DNA of 64,000 nt from Moniliella sp. 'wahieum' (Eukaryota): assembly GCA_003971905.1 (NCBI GenBank), contig RSEE01000050.1, forward strand, positions 310,001-374,000. The letters run 5' to 3'. The notes under the pieces are model-generated. The model saw only the letters and a list, made by a program, of their open reading frames with translations, had not been told where the DNA came from and made no database searches. The translations under genes were made by a program, and so were the position numbers. This document shows, in pieces, positions 25,641 to 39,500 of this stretch (within the stretch, counting starts at the first letter, position 1; each line of letters opens with the position of its first letter).

Positions 25641-28600
25641 GTCTGTCTTGCCGAACGTGTGCCGTCCTACCCCCCTCCCGCGTTTGCTGCCTCCAGAACC
25701 GACGGACCTCTCGGTCCACCTCCAACGCCAAGGCGCGGACAGTTGACTCCCTTCCTTGATTTGCAAGAGTGATGATATTGTTGAAACCCATTCACCAAGC
25801 TACAAGGTGTCGTTGCGATATGTTAAGCAATATGCCCCTTTGCTTTATCCCCCTAACTTTCTCAGATCTTGATCGCATTCATGCCACCATTTCCTCCTCT
25901 GCTGTCTTCTCCCCATATACGCCGTTTCGTTTGCCTACCAGTCCACATCTCCTTTGCTATTCCCGGCGTCTACCTTGCTCTCTCTCATCTGTCACATTAC
26001 CTACGCCCTGTTCCCCCCCACCACAGTCATTTGGGGTGTTACAGCATATTCCTGTATTCCGTGGGCAATGATACATGATAGGTATTGGACGCACATCTCA
26101 GAATTGCATCTGTTGTATGTAGGGTCTTCTATTGCGCTGCGATCCGTCACCATTCTGCTCTTTCCATGGGCAAACCGACATTCAATGATCTGTTTCATTG
26201 GCTCTGGCCTTGTCCTCAAATTTGGTACACACTTTGACTGAGTATATACTGAGATAATCAAATCCGATACTGTCTACCCGATCATTGTCAAGAGAGACCC
26301 AGACAAGATTTTACCACCATTGTATCCCTCCGCCCTCTTCGCCTATGGGAACATGAAACCATTTAGCAATCTGGCTCTGACTCAAAACCTGCTGGCCGCG
26401 TCTTCCTATGCCACCACTCTGATTCCTGTCGTCATAACAGGTCGGACCTCCAACAAGAAGGGCTCACTTACTTTTCCTTGGTGGAGCTTGCTGCGAGGCG
26501 ATAACAATGTGAACCTCTCGGTCATTTCATTTGCTTTCAGACGTGACGCTGAACCCAAGGCCTTTCCATTCTTTTCTTGAGTTCAAAGACACACTTCTTG
26601 AGAGCAGGGAGCGTGCATTTTCTTCTTGATCGACTGACTGTGGCTGGCGACTTTACACAAGGGGGATTATAGGTGAGCAAAATCACCCTACCTCTACTGT
26701 GCGACGATCTTGTACTCTTGTGCTCGTAATTCGATTGAGTTCGATTGTTAGTATGTGCCTATGTGCTCTTTGATCGTCTGGTCGTACGGCGATATGTTTT
26801 GGAAACTCTGTTTCGCCTTCGTCGTTGAACTTCGTAACGAACCGCCTTCAGTGTGCAGTGTTTACGAATGGTATTGTGAGAGTGTGCGAGCATGTCCCTC
26901 CTCAAGATCTTTCCAATCTGAATTACTCACCATTGTTGCCAAAAAAGGGGATACTCCACGCCAAGACTCCTCTATACTGATTGTGTATAACATAGTGTAA
27001 CAGCGATATTTTTTGCCTCATTCGTCCCCTATAATAACATGTACAACTCTTTGCCGTTGTCTTATTTTAATGGATCTGCTCCGCGCGAAGAGGAGAGTAT
27101 AACTAGTAAAGGCGAGCTTAAAGATCGCATGGGGCAGTCCGGCACAATCCGCTTGACGATCATTTAGCGGGTAGGTGATACATAGGTATGTAACATGTAA
27201 GGGTAGTAGCAGCAGAGGGCGCTCAGAGCGGGGATACTACAACAAATGATTAATTCGATTAATGACATCAAATGCTAGAGTGGCCCTGAGGCCCCTGAGG
27301 CCTGTGGGCATATATATATGTAAGAAGAGAGAGATAGACTCCACTGAGACTCGGCATAGAACAGGCCGAAGGAAACCGTGATGCACATAAATATGCACGA
27401 TGCCTTCAGAACGAACTGAACGGCAATTGTTCCCAATCTCCATGTTGGGAGAACGAAGCGTCACGCGGTCATCACGCCGATCACGCCGGTCACGCCGGTC
27501 TCTCACGCGCTCACGTCTAGTATACCGGAGCAAAACAGCCGTAGTCCGCGGGAGTGAGAGAGGGTGCTGTTTTACGCATCACGATAATACCTGTTTTCTC
27601 TCTCTCTTCTCCTTTTGTGCGGCATTTTCCAGTGTGTACTGCATATTCCTGTCGCGGTTCTTTGACCCATTTTCTATCTTCAGGCCCCTCCGGCCTCAGG
27701 CTGAGGCCTCATCCTAACCTCACTAATTCCTTCTCACTTGTCACATGCTATTCTTACTCCATGCATTCGTTTCCTGGTTCCCGAACTTTCCTATTGTTTC
27801 GGCCTCCTTTTTATTCCCGTGCCTCGCCACAGGAAGCACTCCAGTATACATTGCCTCTCCCGCCTACTCTCCCCCACCCTCAGGCCTCATTGTTCTAGTA
27901 ATTCTCCCGCTTCCATGTCCTACCCTGTGTCCCGATTTGAACTCCATCGATCATCCCAGTTTCAGGATTAGCACAGGGATGTGGTCTCAGGCCTCAGCTT
28001 CAGGCTTCAGCCTGAGCCTCTCAGGGCTCATGCCGGTCTCACACCTCAATTCCATACAAAAGTAGGTCCTATATCTGTTAACCCACAGCAGCCCCATCTC
28101 CCCCTGGACGGACCAGCCCAACTATATATTCAAGTTCCCCATTTTCCCCACCTTATGATATACCTATCCATCCGTGCAGCTGTCTGCTTCGTCGCCCCCA
28201 CCAAAAATGGTTAAATGTGCTCGGGTACATATGCTTATAGTCTGACATCCCAATACCGAACCGAAGGCACCGGACGATGCATCGGCTTCTGTAGCTCTCT
28301 GCCCCCTGAAAAGTCACCAGCACAGTGCATTGTTCGTGGGAGGAAGGTTCAACTCCTCCGTCGTCCACCATGGAGGGGAGCCGGTCGGTACGCTCTCTCG
28401 GCTCGTTGGACCGCCCCGCTGCAGATCGGAAGGCCCACTGTTGGTATATCGATGTAATACTGCCTGCTTGATGCTGGGGGCAAAGTGGCGCACGAGGCTG
28501 CCCATGGACATTGGCTGCGCCCTTTGCCAGCCGACTTTGGTCCACCAGCTCAGACCTAGGCTAGCTTCAGGGGGTGCGGTGTGGGGTGCTGGGGTGCTGT

Positions 28601-28789
28601 TGCAACATGGCTGGCGATAAGACAGTTAGCCAAATCATCTGCGCGCATTTCCCTTTTCCTCTCGCCACCACATCTCTCCTTCCCCCTCTCTTTCGCTCGA
28701 CTTGATACTTAATCAATATAATACTCGCTGATCGATCGTTTTAGCCCAAGATAGGTGACTGGAAGATCGTGTCCCTCTGTGTGACGTTC

Positions 28790-30480
28790 CAGAAACAAGA
28801 GGCATCGTGCAGGGAACAGCAGCACAAGGGAAAGGGAAGAGCCAGGTGCAGGAAATTGGAGCAAGCGTCGTCAATTGGTGACATTGCCCCCTTTCAGACC
28901 TCACTTCCCCAGGATTGGGCAAAGCGAGTAAAAGCAATACGACGTGCGCCGGAATCAGGATCGTCTTAAGGACGGATCGGCCTCATGGGACATATCCGCA
29001 ACCAGTGGCACTCACTCCCGCTCGTGGACAGCGTAGCTCTTGAATGGAAAAGGCACTCAAGTACTCAAGACGTCCTCAACCCTTACAGCGGGAGTCAAGG
29101 ACCTCCCGGACCTCGTGGTGAACCACCCTAGTATCGTCAGCATACTCGGGAAAAGTCGGAGAGGACTGGCGGGCACCGCCCGCGACACAATGGACCGTCA
29201 AGCGCTCGAGCAAGCCGTCAGCTGAGTGGCTCGAACTGCAGGGAATTGGCACCACCAACTTGGACAGCCGATCAACCACCACCAGTACCATATTGAGCAC
29301 CTCACCCAAACTCCCGTCCTCCTCCAGCAGAGGCCCGAAGTGATCCATACTAAAACTGGACCAAGGGCGAGCTGGAATCTCCAATGGGTAGAGTAGACCT
29401 GAGGGATGCTGGCGGCAGCTCATGGCGGTTTGGCATAGTGAGCAAGTATCTACGTAACGACGCACATCAGAGACTATTCCCGGTCAATAATACCAACGCG
29501 CCAGTGGGTCATACGTGCGCTCTCTTCCCTGGTGCCCAGTCTCGAACTCTTCGTGGTGGTCGTGAAGTAAAAGGTGTACCGTAATAGAGCTTCGGATTCG
29601 GGCACATATGCCTCTCCTGGAAGTAGAGAGGCCCGTCGCGCCCCTCATAGACCTGCAGCGCATAGCCTTCCTCGACTCGCTTCACAATGGCCTCATGTCC
29701 TCCGTCGTGCTCTCTGAGCTCTTGGATTGCCTCAATCACTTCGCCTTCGGACGAACGATTGTGGTGCAGTGGCTCTTCGGCTGCTTCTACTTCTCCAGCA
29801 TGACCATCGACATCGGCGAGGATCAACTACTGCGAGGGAAGCAGCGAGAGGGACACACATATTCATCATCATGTTCTTCCGACTAGGCTCGAAGGATAGG
29901 CTGCTTGCGCCACCATTACGCCGCGTCTCGTCGGCCGCGCCTTCCATCATTTTCTTGTTCCACCAGATCCAGCCGACAGGATAGGCCGTTCGCAGTACCG
30001 TTCTTCGAGCCGGGACGCTAAATCATCAATGGTTGACCGAAGAAAAACGCACCACAGCTTGCTTGCCGGCGGTTGCGCTGACCCTCGTCGTTGTAGCCCA
30101 CAAGATTCTTGTGGTGGGTCACTAACTCCAAGTCCCGGGCCGATTCCACCAAATTCCGGAAAACCTTGAGCGCCGTGATGATGGGGAAAGAATTCCTGAT
30201 CGCCACTCCCCAAGGCTGCTCGATGGGTGTGGGCTTCCCAGTGGACCAATGGGCTATTGGGCTGCGTCCCCCGTGAGGTTGAAATAAAACCGCTTCCACG
30301 GCATAGCCACTTGTATCCGACTCGATCTGAAAAGGCTTGTTCTGGTCGAAGGGTGAGAAACAACTAAGAGAGGAAGTTGCCTGTACTGGGTTGATCCAAC
30401 TGGCAAGGACAGCATATGGGAAGACGCCAATGGACTGTAGGGAAACTCACGCATCGAATCTCATTTTGCTTACTGACAAG
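28790..30480 (-). mobile_element. Degenerate, internally deleted Ty3/Gypsy LTR retrotransposon (RNase H, integrase, PPT, start of 3' LTR)
   Basis: RNase H reads PFDQNKPFQIESDTSGYAVEAVLFQ..PIAHWS..ELVTHHKNL..NRRQA at about 30355-30050. Integrase reads YVDTCSLCQ..PSGLLYPLEIPARPWSSFSMDHFGPL..VLVVVDRLSK at 29465-29200. The RNase H-then-integrase order is the Gypsy arrangement. PPT GAAAGGGGGCAA (28895-28884) is followed by TGTCAC at 28883. No RT or gag was recognised. Confidence 0.85.
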
Positions 30481-33035
30481 GGTAATCAAGAAACAACACA
30501 CGCAGTAGAGGAACAACAGGGATCCAGGGAAAACAGGAGGGGTGGCTGCTGCGCGGGCAACGTAGAAAGGTAAATGGGCACGGGGCGACTATCGTCGCAC
30601 AGGAAGTTAATGAAAATTGGGTACATCCGGTGGATACCAATTCATTGGGCGAAAGGCGACTATGGTCGCGCGGATACGTAGAACTGATGATCGCGCTGGC
30701 GGGCACGCTGCCCATGATCCGACTGAGTTGAACGTACGTTGAACCTGGAAGCGCGCTCTATTGTTGGAAAGAGCAGACTAACCTCAGCTGAGGCGCTGAG
30801 GTCTGAAATTGGTTCAGATCGGAACTGACCCGATGACCAACCTCGGGTCGGAGCTATAGGAAGACGATGGGAGTGCATAGGCTCTTCCCTGGGCATGCCA
30901 GTCAGTTTTCGACCGTGACAATGTGAAGGCAATCATGCATTAGGACTCAGGTGGCACTTCCGACAGCACAGACGATTGGAAAGGGTCCCAGGTAGCGATA
31001 AAATCCAAACTGTCGGAAGAACATTTGGGTGCATAGGTCATAATGCATAACGACGGACCAAGCCCGGTTGACCGACTTCAGAAGAGTCGGCCTCGGTGCA
31101 TGTGCGATACTCCTATCAGCGTTGTACCGATGCACCCACAGGCAGTCGCGGCCAAGGCGAAATTGCCGTGCCGGACGCTGCCTCTGGCGCCTCTGGCAGA
31201 GGGTCTCCGCTCAATCCAGGCCGTAGCTCCGAAGACCTTCGTCCTTGGAGAGCGAGCTTGGCCATAGGGTGGCATACTAAGAATCGCTCGTCTGTCACGG
31301 CGTCATCGCGTCATCTGTCATCGGGTCTTCCCTTCAGGCATATTGATACCTACTATAAGCCCCACAATCCCAAAACACCAGGGCGTACTCCAATGATGGA
31401 CCTTTTACGACTACTAATGTATATGACGGCTGCGCGAATTGCAAGTGTTGCTGTGAAGTGCGTTTAATATTTGCGCACTGTTTGGCATTGACGGATGTTA
31501 TAGTTTCGACGATCCGAGGGGACAAGAACCCACAGACGTTATAGAGGGGCGATCCCTTTGATATGCCATATAATGAACCTTCCTATTTGAAGGGAGGAAG
31601 TGGTTGCCCACCCTACTGTATAATGTTTGTTTCACGCATACGTGCGTGCTGCGGCCAAGGAAATAAAAAACGACCATACATCTTATTATACCACTCTCGT
31701 TATACCCCCCCATGCACGGATGTACACACTCGACGAACACATTCATACGACGCAACGCAAGCTCTCAAAAGAATGTGGGAGAAGACTCGGCAGGAGCTAT
31801 CCAATTGAAAGAAGCTTAAGGCGGCCCATGGAAGCAATGCGTGGTCGAGCGCAGCAATGCGTTCAACGAATACACTTGACTTTCCTCGAAGCCAGCAGTA
31901 CCTCGAGCTCACCGATAAGGAGGTTCAGTTCGATCTCCAACTCCGTACCCTGTACTGCTCCTTTCAAATAGTAGCAAGTGTAAATGAGGTTTAACGACAT
32001 CGCTTGAACACACCCTTTTGGCTTGCACGCGCACCCAGTTCAAATTTGGCGATGATTGCGTATCGGAATGCGGTGATATACACGAGAGGGAACCGCAACG
32101 CACTTGGAAGACCGCGGAAGGAGCTGTTGATTCGACTCTGTCGGAGCAAGCCGAGTGCGACAAAAGAATTCCAAGTACCAATGAAGCATTAAAGTGCCAT
32201 TCTTCTATTTGGTAGTGATGATGCGCGGATACTATGTCACCAACATGGCCAGCAAGACGTTAGGGCACTGGAATGACTGAAGAATCCCATTGGAGATAGT
32301 TCACATGGTACGTTCACAGCTCATGGGTCTATCATATGCTCATTCGTATCCAGATGCGCTACTTCCGGTTTGAAAGCGAATGGAGGATGTCAGATGGTCC
32401 AGAACTGCTGGGGATTCCATTATTTTACCAATCAGTGGTTTGACAGGAACAATTTACAAGTAACACTTCGGAAGAACCAGCCGCTTAAGCACGGTACCTC
32501 CTTGTCCTAGCCTTTTGTATAAACTCAAAGAATGCACAGAATACCAAGAAAGATACTGCTATTCTTGAACAGAAGGCTGCAACCCCCTCCTCAACGTGAC
32601 TTTCTGATGCCTGAGTCGGTTGGGGCCCGAGTACTTGCCTGCGATGACATAACACCACATTCGTCAAAATATCTGAACGTGCCATAACTTCATTGGAACT
32701 GTAGACGCGGGTCCCTTCCGACTGCAAATCATCAGTCCGTAGGTATTGTCACGTCTCGTTCTCGTCTGTGCGGTGTAAGGGCCGCCTCCATCCAGAACAA
32801 CTAGGTAATACATTAAATTCCCTTACACATGCCATTGAACTTCTCTCAAATCCACCTCCGCACAAAAAGGAGAAGTAACACATATAGCTCTCTCATCCTT
32901 TTCTGTGTTTTTATTATGCAGTCGTCCCACACAGGCATGGACTTTTCTTGGCACGGACCACATCTTTATGTAGGAACGCATCCCTGTTGGTCTCTATTAT
33001 CGCGTGCGGTCTATCTTGATGCTTCTCAATGCGAC

Positions 33036-35320
33036 GGACTGAGGACTGAGGACTGAGGACTGAGGACTCCTTCTCTCGACAAATCTTTATAGGATCAAAA
33101 CTTGGACAGGGGGGATGAGGAAACGTAACCGGCGTTACCGGCGGCGTAACCATGACTGCCCCCATCAATTTCTTCCGGCGCGCAGCCTGTGAACACGCAC
33201 ACAATTATGTACACCACGCCAATAATTAAAGTTCCTCCTCTCTTACGTGCTTACGCTCGATCACTAACAAAAGGGGTAACCGGTAACCGGTACCGGTAAA
33301 CCCGCGATAGTCAAGGTCTGTCAGGGCTTCTCTGACGCTTATAACGCGTAACGGGTATTCGGTACGGCCGGTGACATGTGACAGATGGTGTGCAACGTCT
33401 ATCATATATCAGGGCCCATATCTATAGGGGTTATACCGGTTATTGCCGGCTTGACTAGTGACTGTGGTCACTTGACCTACTGTCACACGTCACGGTGGCC
33501 GCAGTGAAGCTTGAAAAGGAAGCTTGAAGCTGGGAGGGAGACGGGAGCCCACAGAGAAGAAGGCGGAAAGTGGTGATGAGAAACAATTATGCCATTTGGG
33601 GGCGAGCTTCAAAAGCTTCAAGCTTCAAAAACTTCAGCCGCCAGCGCTTAATAGCGCCAACGTGTCCAACCAGCAACTCCTTCGCGATCGATGAGCATGA
33701 TGATCGATGCGCCTCATCGCTGAGCCGCTGTGAGCAACACAACATGTGTCACATGTGACAGGTGTGATACGATTGCCCCGTCCCGAATGCCCCACGATCG
33801 ATCTGGGACGTAGTGTGCCAAGTGTGCTCGATAAGCACACCATTACCGGCGGTCTACCATTCTCTGCAGAGGGACAAGGCTGGCAACCTACCCCCAGTTG
33901 CGGGCAGATCTTAGAGCGACGCCCCTGAGCCTCAGGCACTCAGATCCCTCAGAGGCTTGAAGCTACCTTCAAGCTTCAAGCTTCAGAGCTTCAGAGGTCC
34001 CTCTCTCGGATCTCAGTCTGAGATCTTAGACCGTACTGGCAGCTCTGCAGTGCAATTACAGTTATACATGTTGCACGTCGTTCTCTCGGTGAAGTATAAT
34101 ATAGGTCTCGTGAATTTCATTTGTAACATGCTTTCTTCCTTGCAAAGCACACGCGCCGAATGAGGGATGGTCGATGAGTCGACGAGGCCTGCCTGGGGCC
34201 GACCCGAGGTCAGCCAGTCTAGTGCGAACCGTTTCTGCCTATAATGCCTCTTGTAAAATGATGTGGATGGCCCTTTTCTTTCGCATTTTCACACATGTGT
34301 TGTGTGGAGATCTCAAGTTTGGATCGAGCGCCACACATGCATCATGCATCATCCATTGAGAGAGTGTGTAGTGTGGTAGGTGTGGATACCAGAGGTACGA
34401 AGGAGGGGTGGGGGTGGGTGGGCATGTGGAGCATGTGGATACCATCTAAAGTGCCCCCACCACAACGAGGAGGTCGACTTGGATACGATTGTGGAAAAGG
34501 ACAGCAGTACTGATGGCGCGATTGCATTCTGATATGGATGGTGGCTGAGCCGCTGATGATGGAAGAAAAACGGATCCGTGATCCTGAGATCTGGGAGGCC
34601 TTAGCCTTAAGGCCTTACTGTGTGTGGCCTGAGCCTCAGGTGTGACGGTGCCGCGTGACCGACATGTGGCAAGCGTCATACAGGCTGTGATGTGCGTGAC
34701 ATGTGAGAACCGATGAGTGACCCCGTGACAGAGCGAATGTATCACATTCGGATCACACCAGCACTTGTCCCAGCCACACGCCACCATTCCACCTTCGCCG
34801 CAGGCGGCCGTAGCGCTGTTAGTCGGATGCCTGGTGTGGGAGCTTGCAACTTCTCCCCGTTTAAAGTCTACGGCCTTAGGATCTTAGGAGTTAATCGTTA
34901 CGCGTTACGCGCGTTGCGCGTTACTAGTTATAGCCCCTGCAACAGTTGGGTGCGTCACACAGGCCATATGCCGGTGCGGACACATCACCTACTGTCACAC
35001 TATCACATGTGATGCATGTGATTCCCATTCTAATTCTACATTTTAGCCCAACTGAGGGCGGGGAGTACCCTCCATACTCAGTCTGAGTACTGAGCCTCAG
35101 TCTTCAGTGGCAGAGCGGGATGGTGCATCTCGCATCATGCATTATGCATCATGCACCAAGCTTCAAGCTTCAAGGCACCACAGCGCACATGTTGTCTGTC
35201 GCATGTCTTAGATCTGAGTCCCAATACGCACTGGGCCAGTATGCAGTACGGTCCCCAATGTATTTTGACACAGACACAGTGCCCTGTGTGACATGTGACG
35301 CATGTGACCAAGGATGCTGT
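33036..35320. repeat. Cluster of 7-bp tandem repeats upstream of WC-1
   Basis: (TGAGGAC)4 at 33036-33068, (TAACCGG)n at 33275-33299, (TCAAGCT)n near 33610, 33970 and 35160, (TTACGCG)n at about 34897-34924, TGAGTACTGA at 35084-35093, (TGACATG)n near 35288. Confidence 0.85.
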
Positions 35321-36556
35321 CGGGTACTGCAGAGCCAAATCTTAATCATGAATCATAGATCAACTGCGGAGGGCAAGTGTGGTAGCTCCTTGGCAGTCAT
35401 AGCGACCCCGTGCAAGGAGCACCTCCGGAGGCGTATAGCGATCCGAAGGCCGTCGATGCCGACGCACGGCCATTCACCGGTCACCATGCATCCGAGCTCC
35501 ACGTTTGCATGCTCTCTCCCAAGCCCTTCTCTTGTTGGAGCCGAGCACTTTCCTCTTTCTTGCCACCGCTGTGACCATCGCTGCTCTCCTCTAGCACACG
35601 TCTCTGAGGCACATCTTTTCGCTGCTGCTTTCGCAGCTGCTGCTGTTGGCTACACCTCCTCAGCCCAGACACGCCGCTCCGACTCCTTCGCTTCGCCTCC
35701 CTCTTGCCTACCCCTTCTAGCCGAGCGTCCGTCAACTCTTTCTGACGCCCTCGAAGACACTCTCAGTGACAACGTTCTGCCCCTGCTTTTGAACGCGAGC
35801 CCCACTACCGATCTCCCCCGCCCACCTTCCACTCCCCTCCTCTTCCACCCTCTCACCCCTTTCTTCTCCATTTTAGGCAGCCGATTTACGCTCTGCCGCA
35901 ACTCCCCTCATCCGTCTTAACAACTCCCCCACACACTTCCACAGCCTCGACCCGTCCCGTCCCGTCCCGTCCCTATCTCTGATTCCATTATATTCTCTTC
36001 CTTTCGCCTCCTCTCGCACCCCAAGAATTTATCCTGAAAACTCCAGCCATTTCAGTGCCTAATACTCGAAGACGGCAACGAGCTTCTCTGTTTTGATACT
36101 CGTTGTTATTTTGGCCACTTGATGACCCACTAAGCACATTTCTCTCCAGCTCTCTGACCTTCCGTATGTCTCACTTCGCGAACAGATTCGCTTCCTCTGC
36201 TGTTGTCTCCCTCTTTATTGCTCAGCCCATGATTGACCCTTCATTTCCCTCATCTAAGGATTTCGTCAAGGTCGTCTCAAGGTGTCCTTTGTTGGCTTCC
36301 TCTAGAGAATCGTGCTTCTGCTCTAAACTCCCCCTCAACGCACGTATTTGGTTGATTTCACCCGCTTTTCGGCCTGCTTTGACACGAAGCTTTTTTGCCT
36401 GTACTTTGCTTCCAGGGCCTCCCTTCGGTAAAGTACTTCTTTTTACTGTTTCTTTTTTGGCGTCCGGTATCGCTACGCCTCTCTATTACGACTCCCAACC
36501 CTCTTCTCCACCCGTATTCCTTTCTCCTCCCATCCTCCAACATTCAAAGCTTAACC

Positions 36557-39500
36557 ATGATGGATCCTACGCATTTCGACCTCACGCCTTGTTCGATATG
36601 TCCGACCCAACGGGTACGATGTTCCCTCCTCCTCAGCCCGAGTCGGAGCAAACATCTTCGATGGATACATTGGTTAATCCGTCACACTTGGGCAGCGATG
36701 ATATCTCGTCTCTCCTGCATGGTACCGACGGCATCGACGGCCAGTTTGATCCGGATTGCATCCCGAGGCGGCGGTACCAAGTCCATTTTCGACCTCCCTC
36801 TTGATTCGCTTGGACAGATTCTGTTCCCGGACTCCACCACGGTTCAGCAAGGCGATTCTTTGGTCTCGACCATGTCGTCTTTTAATGCTGAACCCCTAAG
36901 TAACGGCGCTGTTGGAACTGCAGGATTCCCCATCCAAGGTTCCTCCACGACTCCTGCTGCTCACAGCCGGGACTCGGACATGATGGCTGCATTCCGCCCC
37001 ACGTCCTCTCTGTCCGTGACACAAGACACCCTTCCCCTCGATCCAGCCAGAACAGGACAGGGGACAACGGCGCCACCGTTTGCTACGAATTCTCAAAGCG
37101 ATGCGCCGAGCCTAGTCTCTGCCCAGCCTACCGAGACAACGCACCCAAGTGACAACAACGCGGATTATCATCAACGCGTCCTCCATTACCACCGTACGCT
37201 CGTGCAGCACAAGCTCCAGCGTGCGACCTTGCCCGCAGCTCTTCCCAACACAGCAGGGACAACAGCAGTGACGGCCGGGGCGCCGGAGGCTCGGCCGCAT
37301 TCTAAGATGTCACTGCAAAACGTCGGCGTCAACGTCGCCTCCAGGAGCAACAACAGATCCTTATGGCTCACCAGCAGCGTCGATCCCAGCTGAATCGATC
37401 TGTTTCTGTGGCGGGAGGGCAGACGAATACGAGGAAGCGTCCTTTGTCCCGCACAGAATCCACCCCTGATCTGCATCCGCCCTCAACGAGCCGCCCACGG
37501 ACGGGAAGGAGTTTCCAGCTTGGTGCTTCCTCCCTCAAACCGTCGAATCATCGATCCCACACCTCCATCCCGAAAGGACGGGACGAATCCAGAGACGGTG
37601 TGGGGTTCGGCGTTGCTACCGGATTGCCCGGCACGCATTATCGCGACAGTACAATCCAACTCCCCAACGAGCTCACCCCTAACAAAGCTTATTCGTCCTC
37701 AGGATTTGACGTCCTTACTGCCTGGCTAAAGTAGCCGCCCGTCCCAACCCGATGGTCACGATTGGACCAGTGGACGAGTCGTGCTCTTTTACGATTGTGG
37801 ATGTGGATCTACCCGACCAGCCTATCGTGTACTGCTCTGCCGACACTTTCCTTCGATTGACGGGGTACGACAAAGAATCCTCGGCAGAACTGCCGTTTCC
37901 TTCAAGCACCTGCTGGACTTGTGATAAAAGGTTCCGAACGTCTGCGACGACCAACTCGCGGTCCAACAATGGCTTCCTTTGTGGCTCAAAAGAAAGAGTG
38001 CCAGGCAAGTTTGATCAATTATCGCAAGGACGGCCGACCCTTCATCAACTTGGTTACCATTGTGCCGATCGCGTGGGACGACTCGGACCGGATCAAGTAC
38101 ATGGTCGGTTTCCAGATTGACTCGATTGAGCAGCCTGGGTCGATTGTGGAAAAGATGCCAGACGGATCAACTTTGTCAACTACTCGTCCTTGACCCCTTC
38201 CCTGACCCCCATCAAGTCGGCACGCTCACTACCAGCTCCATTGGGAAAAAGTTGGCTTCTGGACCTCCGTCCGGGGATCCACCCGTTGTGGTTAGACGAG
38301 GAGGAGCTTGCTGCTGAGCGGATTCTAGAGAATGGGTGCAACGTATCCGACGCGGTGAGAGGGGTCATAACAGACCGACAACGTTGGGCCCACCTAATCC
38401 TCGAGAACTCTCATGATTTGACCTATGTCTTGTCATTAAAAGGCACCATCTTTTATGTTTCTCCCTCGGTCGAGCAGATTCTTGGGTTCAAACCGTCCGA
38501 CTTGATTGGTTGCTCCATTGCCAACTTTACTCACCCGTCGACGTGGTGCCTGTCTTCCGTGAGCTCAAAGACTCCACTCCAATGCTTCCATTGCAGCTTC
38601 CGCACGCGCGGCATCGCACCGTCGTGGACGCAGTTTACGAGACGCTGCACCCCCGCGGTCAACCTCATGTTCCGTATGCGCTGCAAGGACGACACCTACC
38701 GTTGGATCGAGTCGTCGGGCAGACTTCATCTGGAGCAAGGCAAAGGACGTAAAGTTGTTGTCTCGACGGGCCGTCCCCGACCGGAGTACCATCTAGCGGA
38801 GCAGATTGTTTTGGATGCGGCTTCTTCGCACGTGGGATTCTGGGCACGCGTTTCGACCGATGGGCTCTTTCTCAATGTGCTCTCTCCCATCACCAACGTT
38901 CTGCGTCTCGCGCCCTCAGACTTGATGGGCCGTGGGTTTAAGGACGTTTGCGATCCGTTGGCCGTGCCTGCCCTGACGCGGACCGTACGCCTGCAGTCCC
39001 CCAGCTCGGTCTTGCACACCCTTCCGGCCAGCGACGGCTCTAGGGTTCACGTCCTATCGAGCTTTTATCCATCCACTTCTACGCCCCTTTCTCCCGAGTC
39101 CACTTACCGCCCTGCTCGGAACGTGAGCGTGTGGGTGCACATTGCTCGTGCCACATCGGAGCAACTGACCGATCTGGTGCCCCATGTGGTCATGGACATG
39201 GATCCGACCACCAGCCTCCCGATCGCGCCAACACGTTTGCTGAGATGGCGACGCTGCGCAACTCGAGCTGGTGCTATGAACTGCATCAGCTCAAGAATAC
39301 CAATCGGCGGCTTAAGGAAGCCATTCGCTTGGCTCATGCTGGTGCCCGCCTCGCCTCCGGCCACGCTTCTCCCATGGCCTCTCCCCTTGCTCGAGCTCGT
39401 CAGGCCGAAGGAACCGCCGCAGCACCAAGTCGGCCACCCTGACCGACGCAGCTATCCGTGACATGATCTACTGCGCGCTTCAGACCCAGCGAGGCGAGGC

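Noticed and set aside
35120..36500. 266-aa and 233-aa ORFs upstream of WC-1
   Set aside because: Pyrimidine-rich promoter or 5'UTR-like sequence and repeat translations; only the 3' part of the second ORF belongs to WC-1.
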